Origin: a virus
Taxonomy: Duplodnaviria > Caudoviricetes
Virus record (IMG/VR): IMGVR_UViG_3300042465_002648
Coordinates: 1-41,235 of that record
Direction: 5' to 3' (one strand)
DNA: 41,235 nt
Positions 1-10,300 of this stretch are shown here, one piece after another. Position 1 is the stretch's first letter. Each line of letters opens with the position of its first letter. The notes under the pieces are model-generated. The model was not told where the DNA came from. It saw only the letters and a list, made by a program, of their open reading frames with translations, and searched no databases. The translations under genes were made by a program, and so were the position numbers.

Positions 1-3000
1 CTGCTACAACAGTTAAACCTACAGTAGCTACAACTACTCCTACTGTAACAAGTACACCAACTGTTGCAACAGTTACACCTACTGTTGATACAACTACTGT
101 AACAACTGTTGCTACCACTGCGCCAACAACAAATACTGGTATTGCCACTTTAACTTCACCAACAACAAGTGTTACTACTAGTCCTACAACTAAAAAATAT
201 ACACAAGCAGAAGTAAATGAGGCGCTTTCTAATTTGTTGGCAAACGATCCAAATGCAAGCAAAGCAGACATATTAGCTGCGGCGGCAACTTATGGAATTA
301 CAGCAGATCAAATTAATGCGGCATACGCAAATTTATCTATTAATAAACCAACAACTACTACACCTACTACACCTACCACAGCAACTACTTCTCCTACTAT
401 AGCAACAACTACACCAACAACTGCATCTTTAACACCAACTACTACTATCTATGGCAGAAGAGAAGTTGAAGCTTTAAATGTACCGGGGTATGGAACAATA
501 GCTCAGACTGAACTTACAGGCTGGGAACCTTGGCGTTTGCAGATGTATGGCATTACAAAAAATGCTGATGGTTCTTTTGCTTATGGCGGTGGCCCAGCTT
601 GGACTACGGCTACTGGTACGACTAAGACTTTGTATGACCAGATTAACAACATTTCTAATCTTCAAGGGATGGGCGGTCTTTATACAGGCGGTGCATTAGG
701 AAAAGATGATGGTGGCCTTGGGTCTAAAGAAGCTGTTCTATGGGACTTTACTAACAAGTTAACTGCGTTAGGAGTTACCAGTCTTGCAGACATTGGTAGG
801 CGTACTGTTACTAGGCAAATTGAGACTGAACAAGGTACTCAAACAGTTCAAGAAGAAGAAATCTACAACAAGAAAACTGGCCAAGCAATTAATATTGAAG
901 GTACAACAGTAGGTAGTAACCAAACAAACTATGGGTTTACTTTTACCAATACTGGCTTAGCTATTCCAACTACCACTGGAACTAAAAGTGAGTGGGTTGA
1001 ATTTAGAGACAGTGCTCTTCCAATAATAATGACGGCGGTGTCTTTAGCTTATCCAGCCGCCGCTCCTTATATCCAAGCCTTTAATGCCGCTAAAGCTGCA
1101 AAAGATGGCGATTGGATGAAGGCTGCGCTTAGTGGTTTGTCTGCTGCTTCCGGTCTTGCTGGAAGTGCTATGGCTGAGATTGATGCGTTAGCAAACGCTG
1201 GCAAGTTTGAACAGGCATTAGACCTTTATAACAGCAGTTGGCTTGCACAAAATGCAGGCAATATTGCAATTGCTAAAGATGTTGCAGGGGTTGTAAATGC
1301 CGCTACTAATAACGATGTAATAGGGTTAGTTAATGCAGGCGTTAAATTTGCAGGTGCAACATTACCAGCCGAGTTGCGTACAGGCGTAAACATTTTAAAT
1401 CTTGGTAATGCTATTAATAACAATGACACCACTGGCATATTGAATGCAGCGGGTGATCTAACAAAGAGTAATGATTTAAAGTTAGCGGCAGCGGCTAATG
1501 GTTTTATCACCGCTATTAATAATTTTGATAAGACTGGTGATGTCAACGGTATTGCAAACGCTACCGCATCATTTTCAAACTTTATTAAGAATTATTCTGC
1601 CAACTCTACTACAACACCAACAACGACTGTATCAACAACTCCAACAACTGATGTAATTACTACATTACAAAATAATGGATTAACTGAAACTCAATTATCT
1701 GATGCAAACTTATTTAATACTGGTCAACAAATAACATTATCTGCTGATGCTCAAAGTATTATTGATGAATTAGCAGCTATTCAACCTGACCAGTTAGCTT
1801 TTGTTGGGCCTGCTGGTGCAATTGGTAGTGCGGCGGCTACTCAAACTGCTGCGTTATTGCAACGTTATGCAAGCACTCCTTCTGGTCAAGAGGCATTAAG
1901 ACAGGCGGCATCTACTACATCTGCTGTGCGTGATGCACTCATAGCGTCTGGTGTACTTACTGCTGCTGGTTTAACATCGTTTATTGCTGGTAATCAACTA
2001 GTACCGCCTAAGATTCAATCTACTGTAACTACAACTGATACTGGTCTTGTAAATCAAATTCCTTTAGATACTATTAGTGATCTGGTAAATAGAACTGTTA
2101 CCCCAACAACAACAGGAACGCTTAAACCAACAACGACAACAGCAAATCCTACTACACAAGTATCTACAGCACCAACTACTTATGTAGTCCAGCCCGGTGA
2201 CTACACAGATACAACTGAAGTTGTTCAACCTTGGCAATCAATAAACCCAACGACTCAAGTAGCCCAGCCTGATGCCAGTCGTTTAGCTTCAATGCTTGGA
2301 GTAAATGTAGATACTGCGGCTAATCTATTAAGAATATATCCCTCATTGTTTGGTGAGGATGAATCATTTACGCCTGCTGATTTAGAAACAATGACGAGTA
2401 CAGATATTCGTTTATTACAAAGTGCTGGCGGCGGTGCAGATGATAATATTATTACTCAGAAACCTTCTAATGATACTGTTGTTGCTAGAGACTCTGAAGG
2501 TCAGCCAATTACTTATGGTGATTTAGTTAATATTATTGGAAGTAATAGAGTTACTACTCAGCCTACTGTTCAAGCTACAACTTCTACTACAACACAGCCT
2601 ACGGTTACAGTAAGTCCAACAACATCACCAACTGTAACTACAGAAGCTACCTCATCACCGACTGTGACTACAAAAGCCACAACATCACCGACTACGTTTA
2701 TTACTACAGAAGTTACAACTCAACCCACTACAAAAACAACTACTAAGCCTACTACTGTTATTACTACAGAGACTACGCCTACTACTGAAGTTACTACTAA
2801 AGTTACTCCAACTACTGAAACTACAACTAAACCAACGACAGCAACGCAAACAACTGTTGAGCCGACGACTTCAACTCAAACAACTACAAAACCAACAACG
2901 GCTACGCAGACTACTACTAAGCCAACTACCGCTACTCAGACTACGACAACCCCGACGACGGCCACGCAAACAACTACAAAACCAACGACTGCCACCCAGA

Positions 3001-3668
3001 CTACAACTACTCCTACAACTGCAACGCAGACTACTACCACTCCAACGACTGGTACTCAAACTACGACTACGCCAACCACAGCTACGCAGACAACAACTAC
3101 ACCTACAACAGCCACACAAACTACTGTTGAACCAACAACTGCTACACAAACAACTACAACGCCTACTGCTACGGTAACAGTTACTCAAACTCCGACTCCT
3201 ACAGCAACTGTTACTCAGACTCCTACGCCAACAGCTACAGTTACTCAGACTCCGACACCGACGGCAACAGTTACCCAGACACCAACTGCTACAGCAACGC
3301 CTACGCCAACTGTTAAATTACCAACAGTAAACCCAACAGTGGCAAGTACGGTTAGTGGTTACACAATGCCGCAGGCTCAGAATATTGCTGCGGCTTTTGG
3401 TATCCCTGCGCTGGCAAATGTCTTCTATTACGGCAAAGACTTTAGTTCTAAGAAACAAAAGTTAGACAAAAAGGGTGAGCTTGAGGAAGAAGAATACCGT
3501 CCTCTCAGTGTGACCAAAGCGGGAGCGGAGGGAGAACTTATGGAAGAGATTGCCGAAGAGAAGAAAAACAAGGAAAATAACACCAATGACGCACTTGATT
3601 TAGTCTTGGGGCAATCTAGTGAATCAATGTCGTTTGACGACTTACTTAATATTGTGAAGGGAGCCTAA
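1..3668 (+). CDS. Large Thr/Pro-rich virion/ejection protein, 5'-truncated (frame is open from the window start)
   Basis: Frame of ORF 234..3668 is open back to position 3. Mucin-like PTTATQTTT and TPTPTATVTQ repeats. Lies first in the ejection-gene cluster. Confidence 0.7.
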   Translation, partial: ATTVKPTVATTTPTVTSTPTVATVTPTVDTTTVTTVATTAPTTNTGIATLTSPTTSVTTSPTTKKYTQAEVNEALSNLLANDPNASKADILAAAATYGITADQINAAYANLSINKPTTTTPTTPTTATTSPTIATTTPTTASLTPTTTIYGRREVEALNVPGYGTIAQTELTGWEPWRLQMYGITKNADGSFAYGGGPAWTTATGTTKTLYDQINNISNLQGMGGLYTGGALGKDDGGLGSKEAVLWDFTNKLTALGVTSLADIGRRTVTRQIETEQGTQTVQEEEIYNKKTGQAINIEGTTVGSNQTNYGFTFTNTGLAIPTTTGTKSEWVEFRDSALPIIMTAVSLAYPAAAPYIQAFNAAKAAKDGDWMKAALSGLSAASGLAGSAMAEIDALANAGKFEQALDLYNSSWLAQNAGNIAIAKDVAGVVNAATNNDVIGLVNAGVKFAGATLPAELRTGVNILNLGNAINNNDTTGILNAAGDLTKSNDLKLAAAANGFITAINNFDKTGDVNGIANATASFSNFIKNYSANSTTTPTTTVSTTPTTDVITTLQNNGLTETQLSDANLFNTGQQITLSADAQSIIDELAAIQPDQLAFVGPAGAIGSAAATQTAALLQRYASTPSGQEALRQAASTTSAVRDALIASGVLTAAGLTSFIAGNQLVPPKIQSTVTTTDTGLVNQIPLDTISDLVNRTVTPTTTGTLKPTTTTANPTTQVSTAPTTYVVQPGDYTDTTEVVQPWQSINPTTQVAQPDASRLASMLGVNVDTAANLLRIYPSLFGEDESFTPADLETMTSTDIRLLQSAGGGADDNIITQKPSNDTVVARDSEGQPITYGDLVNIIGSNRVTTQPTVQATTSTTTQPTVTVSPTTSPTVTTEATSSPTVTTKATTSPTTFITTEVTTQPTTKTTTKPTTVITTETTPTTEVTTKVTPTTETTTKPTTATQTTVEPTTSTQTTTKPTTATQTTTKPTTATQTTTTPTTATQTTTKPTTATQTTTTPTTATQTTTTPTTGTQTTTTPTTATQTTTTPTTATQTTVEPTTATQTTTTPTATVTVTQTPTPTATVTQTPTPTATVTQTPTPTATVTQTPTATATPTPTVKLPTVNPTVASTVSGYTMPQAQNIAAAFGIPALANVFYYGKDFSSKKQKLDKKGELEEEEYRPLSVTKAGAEGELMEEIAEEKKNKENNTNDALDLVLGQSSESMSFDDLLNIVKGA
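2830..3310 (+). repeat. Coding tandem repeats: ~27 bp (PTTATQTTT) then ~30 bp (TPTPTATVTQ)
   Basis: Directly visible in the translation; synonymous positions have diverged between copies. Confidence 0.9.
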
Positions 3669-3669
3669 G

Positions 3670-4764
3670 ATGGCTGGTTATTACAACGAAATTACTGGTG
3701 AATATATTGATCTTGGGGGTACAGATCCAACGGGTTTAGATACAGGATCAGTTGCCGGTTACAGCCAGTTGGATAACACATCTGGCACTAACATTGATTC
3801 AATGGCCGGTTACACATTTAAGGATGGAGTATGGACTTCTCCACAGGGACTTACTTTTGATACAAAAACTAATACAGGATCATTAGCCGACCTGTTTACA
3901 AAAGGTGGAATTGGTAGTGTTCTAGGTATTGCCGGAGCCGCTGGTCTAGCTCAACAACTAATGGGCGGTGGTGGAAGTAGTGGTTATGCTGGTTATCAAG
4001 GTGGAATCCCTAGGTACACAGCAGAACGTTCTCAGTATGCCTTACCAGTAGTACCTTTATCTGAAAAAAATCAAGCAAGGGTTACAGATGAGGGCATTAA
4101 AAGTATTCTTGGTCAAGAAGGTTTTACGCCTGACCGAGCAGCTAGGACTATGTACAAATATGGAATTAGTCCAGAACGTGTAGCTAAAGTTTTTGATGTT
4201 CCAGTAAGTGGAGTTCAGGAAGCTTACAGTAAAGCACTTGGCCCAAATCAAGGATTGCTTGGTGGTATGTATGGTAAATATGATGAGACCACTCACCCTG
4301 CTCGCGGCCCTATTACGGGTGCTAGGGATATGGACTATGGGTATCGTCGTCCCGGCTCTGGTGGGATAACTTACTTTAGTCCAACAACTTATAAACCTGT
4401 CCCTCCAGTTGCTCAACCTACAACCGTGCCAACAACTCAACCTACAGTCATAGCGGCTGGCGGTGGAATGATGCACAGCGGTATAGCTAATTTAGGAGGT
4501 TACTCAGATGGTGGACAATTACTCCGTGGCCCCGGTGATGGTGTGTCTGATGACATCCCTGCAACCATTGGTGGCAAGCAACCCGCGCGTCTTGCTGACG
4601 GTGAGTTTGTTGTACCTGCTCGTATCGTTTCTGAACTTGGTAATGGCTCGACAGAGGCGGGAGCACGTAAACTCTATGCCATGATGGATCGCATTAAGAA
4701 GGCACGATCCAAGGCTAAAAACATTGCAGCTAATACTAAAGCTGATAAACATCTTCCCGCTTAA
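3670..4764 (+). CDS. Putative internal virion (ejection) protein
   Basis: Gly-rich, AxGG motifs and a C-terminal GPGDGVSDDIPA...LADGEFVVPA motif typical of aquatic podovirus internal proteins; AAGGGAG RBS. Confidence 0.65.
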   Translation: MAGYYNEITGEYIDLGGTDPTGLDTGSVAGYSQLDNTSGTNIDSMAGYTFKDGVWTSPQGLTFDTKTNTGSLADLFTKGGIGSVLGIAGAAGLAQQLMGGGGSSGYAGYQGGIPRYTAERSQYALPVVPLSEKNQARVTDEGIKSILGQEGFTPDRAARTMYKYGISPERVAKVFDVPVSGVQEAYSKALGPNQGLLGGMYGKYDETTHPARGPITGARDMDYGYRRPGSGGITYFSPTTYKPVPPVAQPTTVPTTQPTVIAAGGGMMHSGIANLGGYSDGGQLLRGPGDGVSDDIPATIGGKQPARLADGEFVVPARIVSELGNGSTEAGARKLYAMMDRIKKARSKAKNIAANTKADKHLPA

Positions 4765-4772
4765 GGAATAAC

Positions 4773-5684
4773 ATGGCTACTACACCAGCACCCGGTACTT
4801 CTTCCCAGTCAACCCTATCCGAGTACGCAGGCCCGTATGTAACGGAGATGCTTGGAAAAGCTCAGGCTATATCCGAGCAACCCTACGCTGTTTACCAAGG
4901 CCCAATGACGGCTGGTGAGTCTGGACTACAGAATAAAGTATTCCAAGGATTGGGTAACTTAAATTTCCCTAGCCAGTTAGGTCAGACATTTAGTTCTACT
5001 GGTGCTTACACACCACCGGCTATGACTCCCGGCACTTATGCTCCCGGTGCTATTGGCACTGGTGCTGGCGCTCCTATGGGCGGTGGAATTGCTGGTTTAG
5101 GTGGCATGGGAGGAGGTACTGCTACTGGTACTACTACTCCCCCGCTAGGTATGGCTTCTCAGTACATGAACCCATACTTGCAGTCAGTCCTTCAGCCTCA
5201 GTTAGAAGAACTGCGCCGCCAGTCACAAATTAATCTTCAGCCCGGTTTAACTAAGCTGACCCAAGCTGGTGGTTATGGTGGTGGCCGTCAGGCTATTATG
5301 GAATCTGAAGCTAACCGTAATTTGTTACAACAACAGAACCAAGCTATTGGTACTGGGTACTCTAATGCTTACGATAAAGCTATGGGTCAGTTTAATACTG
5401 AGCAGGGTCAAGCTAAGACACTGGCTGACATCATGGGTCAGGCTGGTGCCGCTCAGCGCGGTATTGAGCAAGAAGGTATTACTGCTGACTATAACGAGTT
5501 CTTGGCTCAGCGTGACTATCCACAAAAGATGTTGCAGTTCCAGCAGTCTATGCTTCAAGGTCTGCCAATTTCTACAGTTTCTACTAGCCCTGCTTCGCAG
5601 ACAGGTTTGGGTTCTTTGCAGTCTACAGTGGGTACACTAGGATCTACATACGACTTGCTGAAAAAACTTAAAGTTATCGAATAA
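4773..5684 (+). CDS. Putative ejection/DNA pilot protein
   Basis: Gln/Gly-rich with YMNPYLQSV and GGYGGGRQ motifs; position in the ejection cluster; AAGGA RBS. Confidence 0.6.
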   Translation: MATTPAPGTSSQSTLSEYAGPYVTEMLGKAQAISEQPYAVYQGPMTAGESGLQNKVFQGLGNLNFPSQLGQTFSSTGAYTPPAMTPGTYAPGAIGTGAGAPMGGGIAGLGGMGGGTATGTTTPPLGMASQYMNPYLQSVLQPQLEELRRQSQINLQPGLTKLTQAGGYGGGRQAIMESEANRNLLQQQNQAIGTGYSNAYDKAMGQFNTEQGQAKTLADIMGQAGAAQRGIEQEGITADYNEFLAQRDYPQKMLQFQQSMLQGLPISTVSTSPASQTGLGSLQSTVGTLGSTYDLLKKLKVIE

Positions 5685-5693
5685 GGATAAGAC

Positions 5694-7397
5694 ATGAATC
5701 TCGTTCAAGTACAAGAGAACTTAAAGGATCTTGAAATAGAAGACATCATGAATTATGCCAATGGCATGAACCCTGATGTTCCTCCTTATTTGGCATTAGC
5801 GGAAATGAACCGTCGCAAACGAGTGGCACAAAAATCTGCTGAAGCACCTCAAGGTAGTATTAAAGAAAACCTTGAACAGCAAATGGGTGTGATGCAGATG
5901 CAGGCAGCTAAGCAAAGACAGATGGCTCAGCAGATGGCACAGCAAGGTGCTCAAGCTGAGATGCCTGTTCCGCCCGGTGTACCTGAGCCGGAGATGCAAG
6001 CCATGCCAGAGGACTCTGGAGTGGCAACGTTGCCAATCGAAGAGATGAACTTTGGCTCTGGCGGTATTGTTGCGTTTGCCAATAAAGAAGGTAAGCAATT
6101 GGTTGAGGATGAAGATAGAGCAATGCAAGATCTTCAGACTGAGATTGAATATCGTGCGCGGGCTGAACGCCAAAAGAGATTAGAAGCTGATCGTGCAAAG
6201 AACATGGCGATAGTGAATGAAACTTCTGAACGTCCGGCAATGCAGAATGATCCACGTTTAGTTGGTAGAACTCCTCCCGCTGAAACACTTGGAACACTTC
6301 CACCTCCTCCTAGGAACGTACCACCCGGCGGTATAGCTAATGTTATTCCTCCACAAGTGACGCAACAGAATGCACCTGCTGCACCACCACCACCGCCTGC
6401 TGCACCGCAACAAGCGGCTCTTGCATCTCCTTTAATGAACATGCTTAATAAAAGGGTTGCTGAGACTACACCTACGCTTCCAGACTACGAGACTGAACGT
6501 GCTGCTGCTGCTGCCAAGAATCCTTTCTTGACTATGCAACCGGGTAAAAAGATTGAAGAAGGCATTGCAGGTCTGCGTCAAGGCTACGATAAACAGCAAG
6601 CTGCATTTGATAAGGCGGAGCAGGAACGTGCTCGTGCTTCTTTGTGGCAGGGTTTGATTGAGGGTGGTGAGTCTACCCGTGGTATCCGTGGCCGTGGATT
6701 AGCTGGTTTAGGTACTGGTGCTGGTAAGTCTTTCCTATCATCTATGGAAGGCGCTCGTACTCGTGAGATGGCTCAACAAAACTTAGTCAATGAGCGCAAC
6801 TTCAACCTCACCAAGATGGAAAATGAACTTACGAATGCCCGTATTGCTGAGGCAAAGGGTGATTTCAAAGCCGCTTACGATCACAAAATTAAAGCTGCTG
6901 AGTTTAAACAGAACGCTGCTAAAGATCAGAATCTGTTGCTTGGTCAAGGTGCTCAAATTGAGAGTGCTGACAACCGCGAAATTATGCGTCTGCGTAATGA
7001 GAAAGAGTTGGCAGATATTCGTTTCAAATACGAGAAACAACTTAAAAATATCCCTCAAGCTCAACGTGCTTCCTTTGAAGAACAGTTTGTTGCAGAGGCT
7101 GTTAAAGTTGGCATACCTAGATTGGATGCTATGCGTGAGGCTAAGACTCTTGGAGTTGCTGCTAAAGGTCAGCTTACCTTTGCCCAAGCTGCGGATGATG
7201 TAGATAATTTCATAAAAAATAATCCCGGCTATATTGCAGGTCAGAAAAAAGCTGCAAAAGATGCTAAGCAGCCTATACCTGATGATTACACAATTCGTAA
7301 GAATCTTATTGACCTACAAATGCAACAATCAGGTAGCAGTAATGCGCCTAAATCAAAAGATCTGGCCGCAGCAGATGCAATTGCTGGAGTTAAATAA
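5694..7397 (+). CDS. Putative ejection protein (helical, Ala/Gln-rich)
   Basis: FGSGGIVAFA motif, coiled-coil composition and position; stop overlaps the next start. Confidence 0.6.
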   Translation: MNLVQVQENLKDLEIEDIMNYANGMNPDVPPYLALAEMNRRKRVAQKSAEAPQGSIKENLEQQMGVMQMQAAKQRQMAQQMAQQGAQAEMPVPPGVPEPEMQAMPEDSGVATLPIEEMNFGSGGIVAFANKEGKQLVEDEDRAMQDLQTEIEYRARAERQKRLEADRAKNMAIVNETSERPAMQNDPRLVGRTPPAETLGTLPPPPRNVPPGGIANVIPPQVTQQNAPAAPPPPPAAPQQAALASPLMNMLNKRVAETTPTLPDYETERAAAAAKNPFLTMQPGKKIEEGIAGLRQGYDKQQAAFDKAEQERARASLWQGLIEGGESTRGIRGRGLAGLGTGAGKSFLSSMEGARTREMAQQNLVNERNFNLTKMENELTNARIAEAKGDFKAAYDHKIKAAEFKQNAAKDQNLLLGQGAQIESADNREIMRLRNEKELADIRFKYEKQLKNIPQAQRASFEEQFVAEAVKVGIPRLDAMREAKTLGVAAKGQLTFAQAADDVDNFIKNNPGYIAGQKKAAKDAKQPIPDDYTIRKNLIDLQMQQSGSSNAPKSKDLAAADAIAGVK

Positions 7398-10300
7398 TGG
7401 CAAGAGTAGAACAGTATGCACAGTGGTTAATACAGAACCAAGATAAAAAGGGGACACCTGATTTTGAAACGGTTGCCTCTGCATACCGTTCACTTAGAAC
7501 TGCTCCGGCTCCCCAGCCTACTGCTCCTTCCAGAGAAAGAACATACGGGGAAGCTGCTAAAGACATCGGTGCTGGTGTCGTCAGTGGTATTGGATCTCTC
7601 GTTCAACTACCCGGCCAGCTTTACGGCTTAGCTACTGGAGATTTCTCTAAGACTGGTGCTTTAGGTGCTGGCGAGGAAATCTCTAAGTTTGGCGAGGAGA
7701 TGAAGTCTGCTGGTCTTAAAGCTCGTGAGGCTGAGCGGGCTAAAAAAGTTGCTGAGTCTGCTAAGGAAGGTCAGTTCCAAGCGTTTGGTACTGCACTTGG
7801 TGAGACTGTTAAAGATCCTGCATTGCTGTTATCTTTTATTGCAGAGCAAGCGCCTCAGTTGTTAGTGCCATTTGGTGCGGCTCGTGGTGTTGGTATGGCG
7901 GCTAGGGGACTTGGTGCGGGTGAGGCTGCGGTTGGTAAAGCTGCTGTCTCTGGCGCGGTCGGTGCTGGTGGTGTACAGCAGGGTGCTGACGTAGGTGCTG
8001 GTGCATACGAAAACATCTACAAAGAACTTAAGAGCAAAGGTGCATCTGACACTGAAGCCGCTCAAGGTGCTTTGACTTTAGCCCGTCAAGCTGGTGCCGC
8101 CGCAGGTACTATTTCTCTACTGGCTCAGCGTCTACCCGGTGCTCGTCAGCTTGAGGAAGTACTGGCAGGTGTTCCCGGTAAGGGAGCGGCTGGTCTTGGT
8201 GGTCGTCTTAGAACGGCTGGTAGTACTGCTGCTGGTGAAACACTTGGTGAGATACCTGAAGAAGTTGGTGGCAAGTTTGTTTCCAACTTGGCTATGCAAC
8301 AGGTTAAACCAGAGCAGAGTTTGACTGAGGGTTTGGGTGAAGCTGCGGCTATGGCCACTATTGGTGGCGTAGGTTTGGGTGGTGCGGCTGGCTTGGCTCG
8401 CCGTCCTGCTGCTCCTGAAGTTGCTCAAACTACACCAGAAACAACTCCGTTTGATGTAACAAAGTTACCACCTGAAATTCTTACTAGGATTCAAGAGATC
8501 ACTGGTGTTGCACAACCACAGCAAGAACAGCAACCAATGCTGTCTGCTGAAGAAGCTAATCGTCAGCGTATCAATATGCTTCAGCAGAAAGTTGATGCTG
8601 AGTCCCAAGCTATTTCTACTGCATTACCTGAGTCACCACAAGAGAAGGCTGCTCGTGCGGCTGCACCTCCTGCGACACAGCCTAGCTTGAATGAACAGAT
8701 GCCTCAAGCTACACCTCTTGCAGAGTTGGAAGCTAAGCAAGCTGAGATTGACCGCCTACGTTTAGAGGCAGGTCTTCCTACTGGTGCGTCGTCTAAGACT
8801 CCCGGTGTACAGCCAGAGCAAGTGGTTGCAGAAGAGACACCTGTTCCTAAGATTGTGGACAACCGTCCCCTTGAAGAACGTGCTGCTAACAACCGTCTAT
8901 TGGTTATGAAGAACATGCTTCAGAACCAAGGCGGTGATCCTAATAGCTTGACGATTGTTCCTCATCCTACGGCTGAAGGTAGATTTGCTATTCAGTCTTT
9001 GGACGTTCCAGTTAAGTTTACTAAGAACTTACCAGAGACAGCTATTAACAAGCCTGAGTCTCCAGTTGTTATTGATCCTGTCAATGCCTACATGGAGATT
9101 GCTCGTCGTACAAATACGCCTGCATCTATGCGTCTGGTTAAGGACTTTGAAGCTGGTATTGTTACTCGTGAAGATGTAGAAGCCGCTATTGAAGCAGAGA
9201 AAAAAGCAGGAATGCCTTTGCCTTTGAACTATCAAGGTAACGGAGAGCCTTGGTTTATTGCCGCTCCTATGGGCAAGCCTCGCGGTGATCGCACACTACC
9301 TGTTAGTGCTACGCTAACACCCACACCAGAAGGCCCAGAGCGTCCTCCTGTTACTAAGCCTGCTACTCAAGTGTATGGTGAGATGGAACCTCCTGCTGCC
9401 GGTACTTCAGGTAGACCTCCTGTGGTTGAGCCGCCTCCTGTTGAACCGCCTCCTGTTGAGATTGAGCCTCCTGTACCAACTACAGGTATGCCGAAGAACC
9501 TCTTAGAGTTCAAGCTTCGGATGCCTATTTTCTCAAACAACCCAGAGGTTCGTGCTGCTAATGAACAAGGAAACTTTGCACAGTTAGCTGAAACTTTGGC
9601 TAAGAGTAAGAACCCAGCTATCCGTCGGATTGGTGAGTTGGGTCGTGGCGTAGCTACAAAGATTAAGCTAAAGAAGCCGGGTAACGTAGGTGCTGGTGTG
9701 GCTGGCGTGTACCGCTACGCTGATGACTCTATCCAAATGGCTAAAGCTTATGCGGGCGATGAGCACACCAATGCACACGAGACATTACACGGTTTAATCT
9801 CTAAGGCACAGCGTTATCCTACTGAGCGTCAAAAGCCTATCGCTGAACAGATTGAAAAGCTGTACAAGCATGTTAAGAAAGAACTTCGCCGCCAAGGTAA
9901 AGACTTCTACGGTTTGACTAATGAGCGTGAGTTCACTGCCGAGGCAATGACTAACCCAGAGTTTCAGTATGAGTTAATGCAGATCTCCTACGGCGGTCGT
10001 CGTAGTGCATGGACAGCATTTACCCGTATGGTGGCTGACTTACTTGGCATCCAGAATGTTAACGCTCTGACTGAAGTGATGAACTTGGTTGACAAGTTAG
10101 CTCAGACTAAACAGCCTAAAGGTGTTAAGACTGACAAGGGTGAAGTTGATTACTCACAGAATCCTAAGTTCCAAAAGTGGTTTGGTAACAGTAAAGTTGT
10201 TGATGAGAACGGCAATCCTTTAGTTGTTTATCATGGCACTAAAGCGTTTGATGAGTACGGTGATAAAGAAGGTGAAGCTATTCGTCAATTTGCTGGCTTT

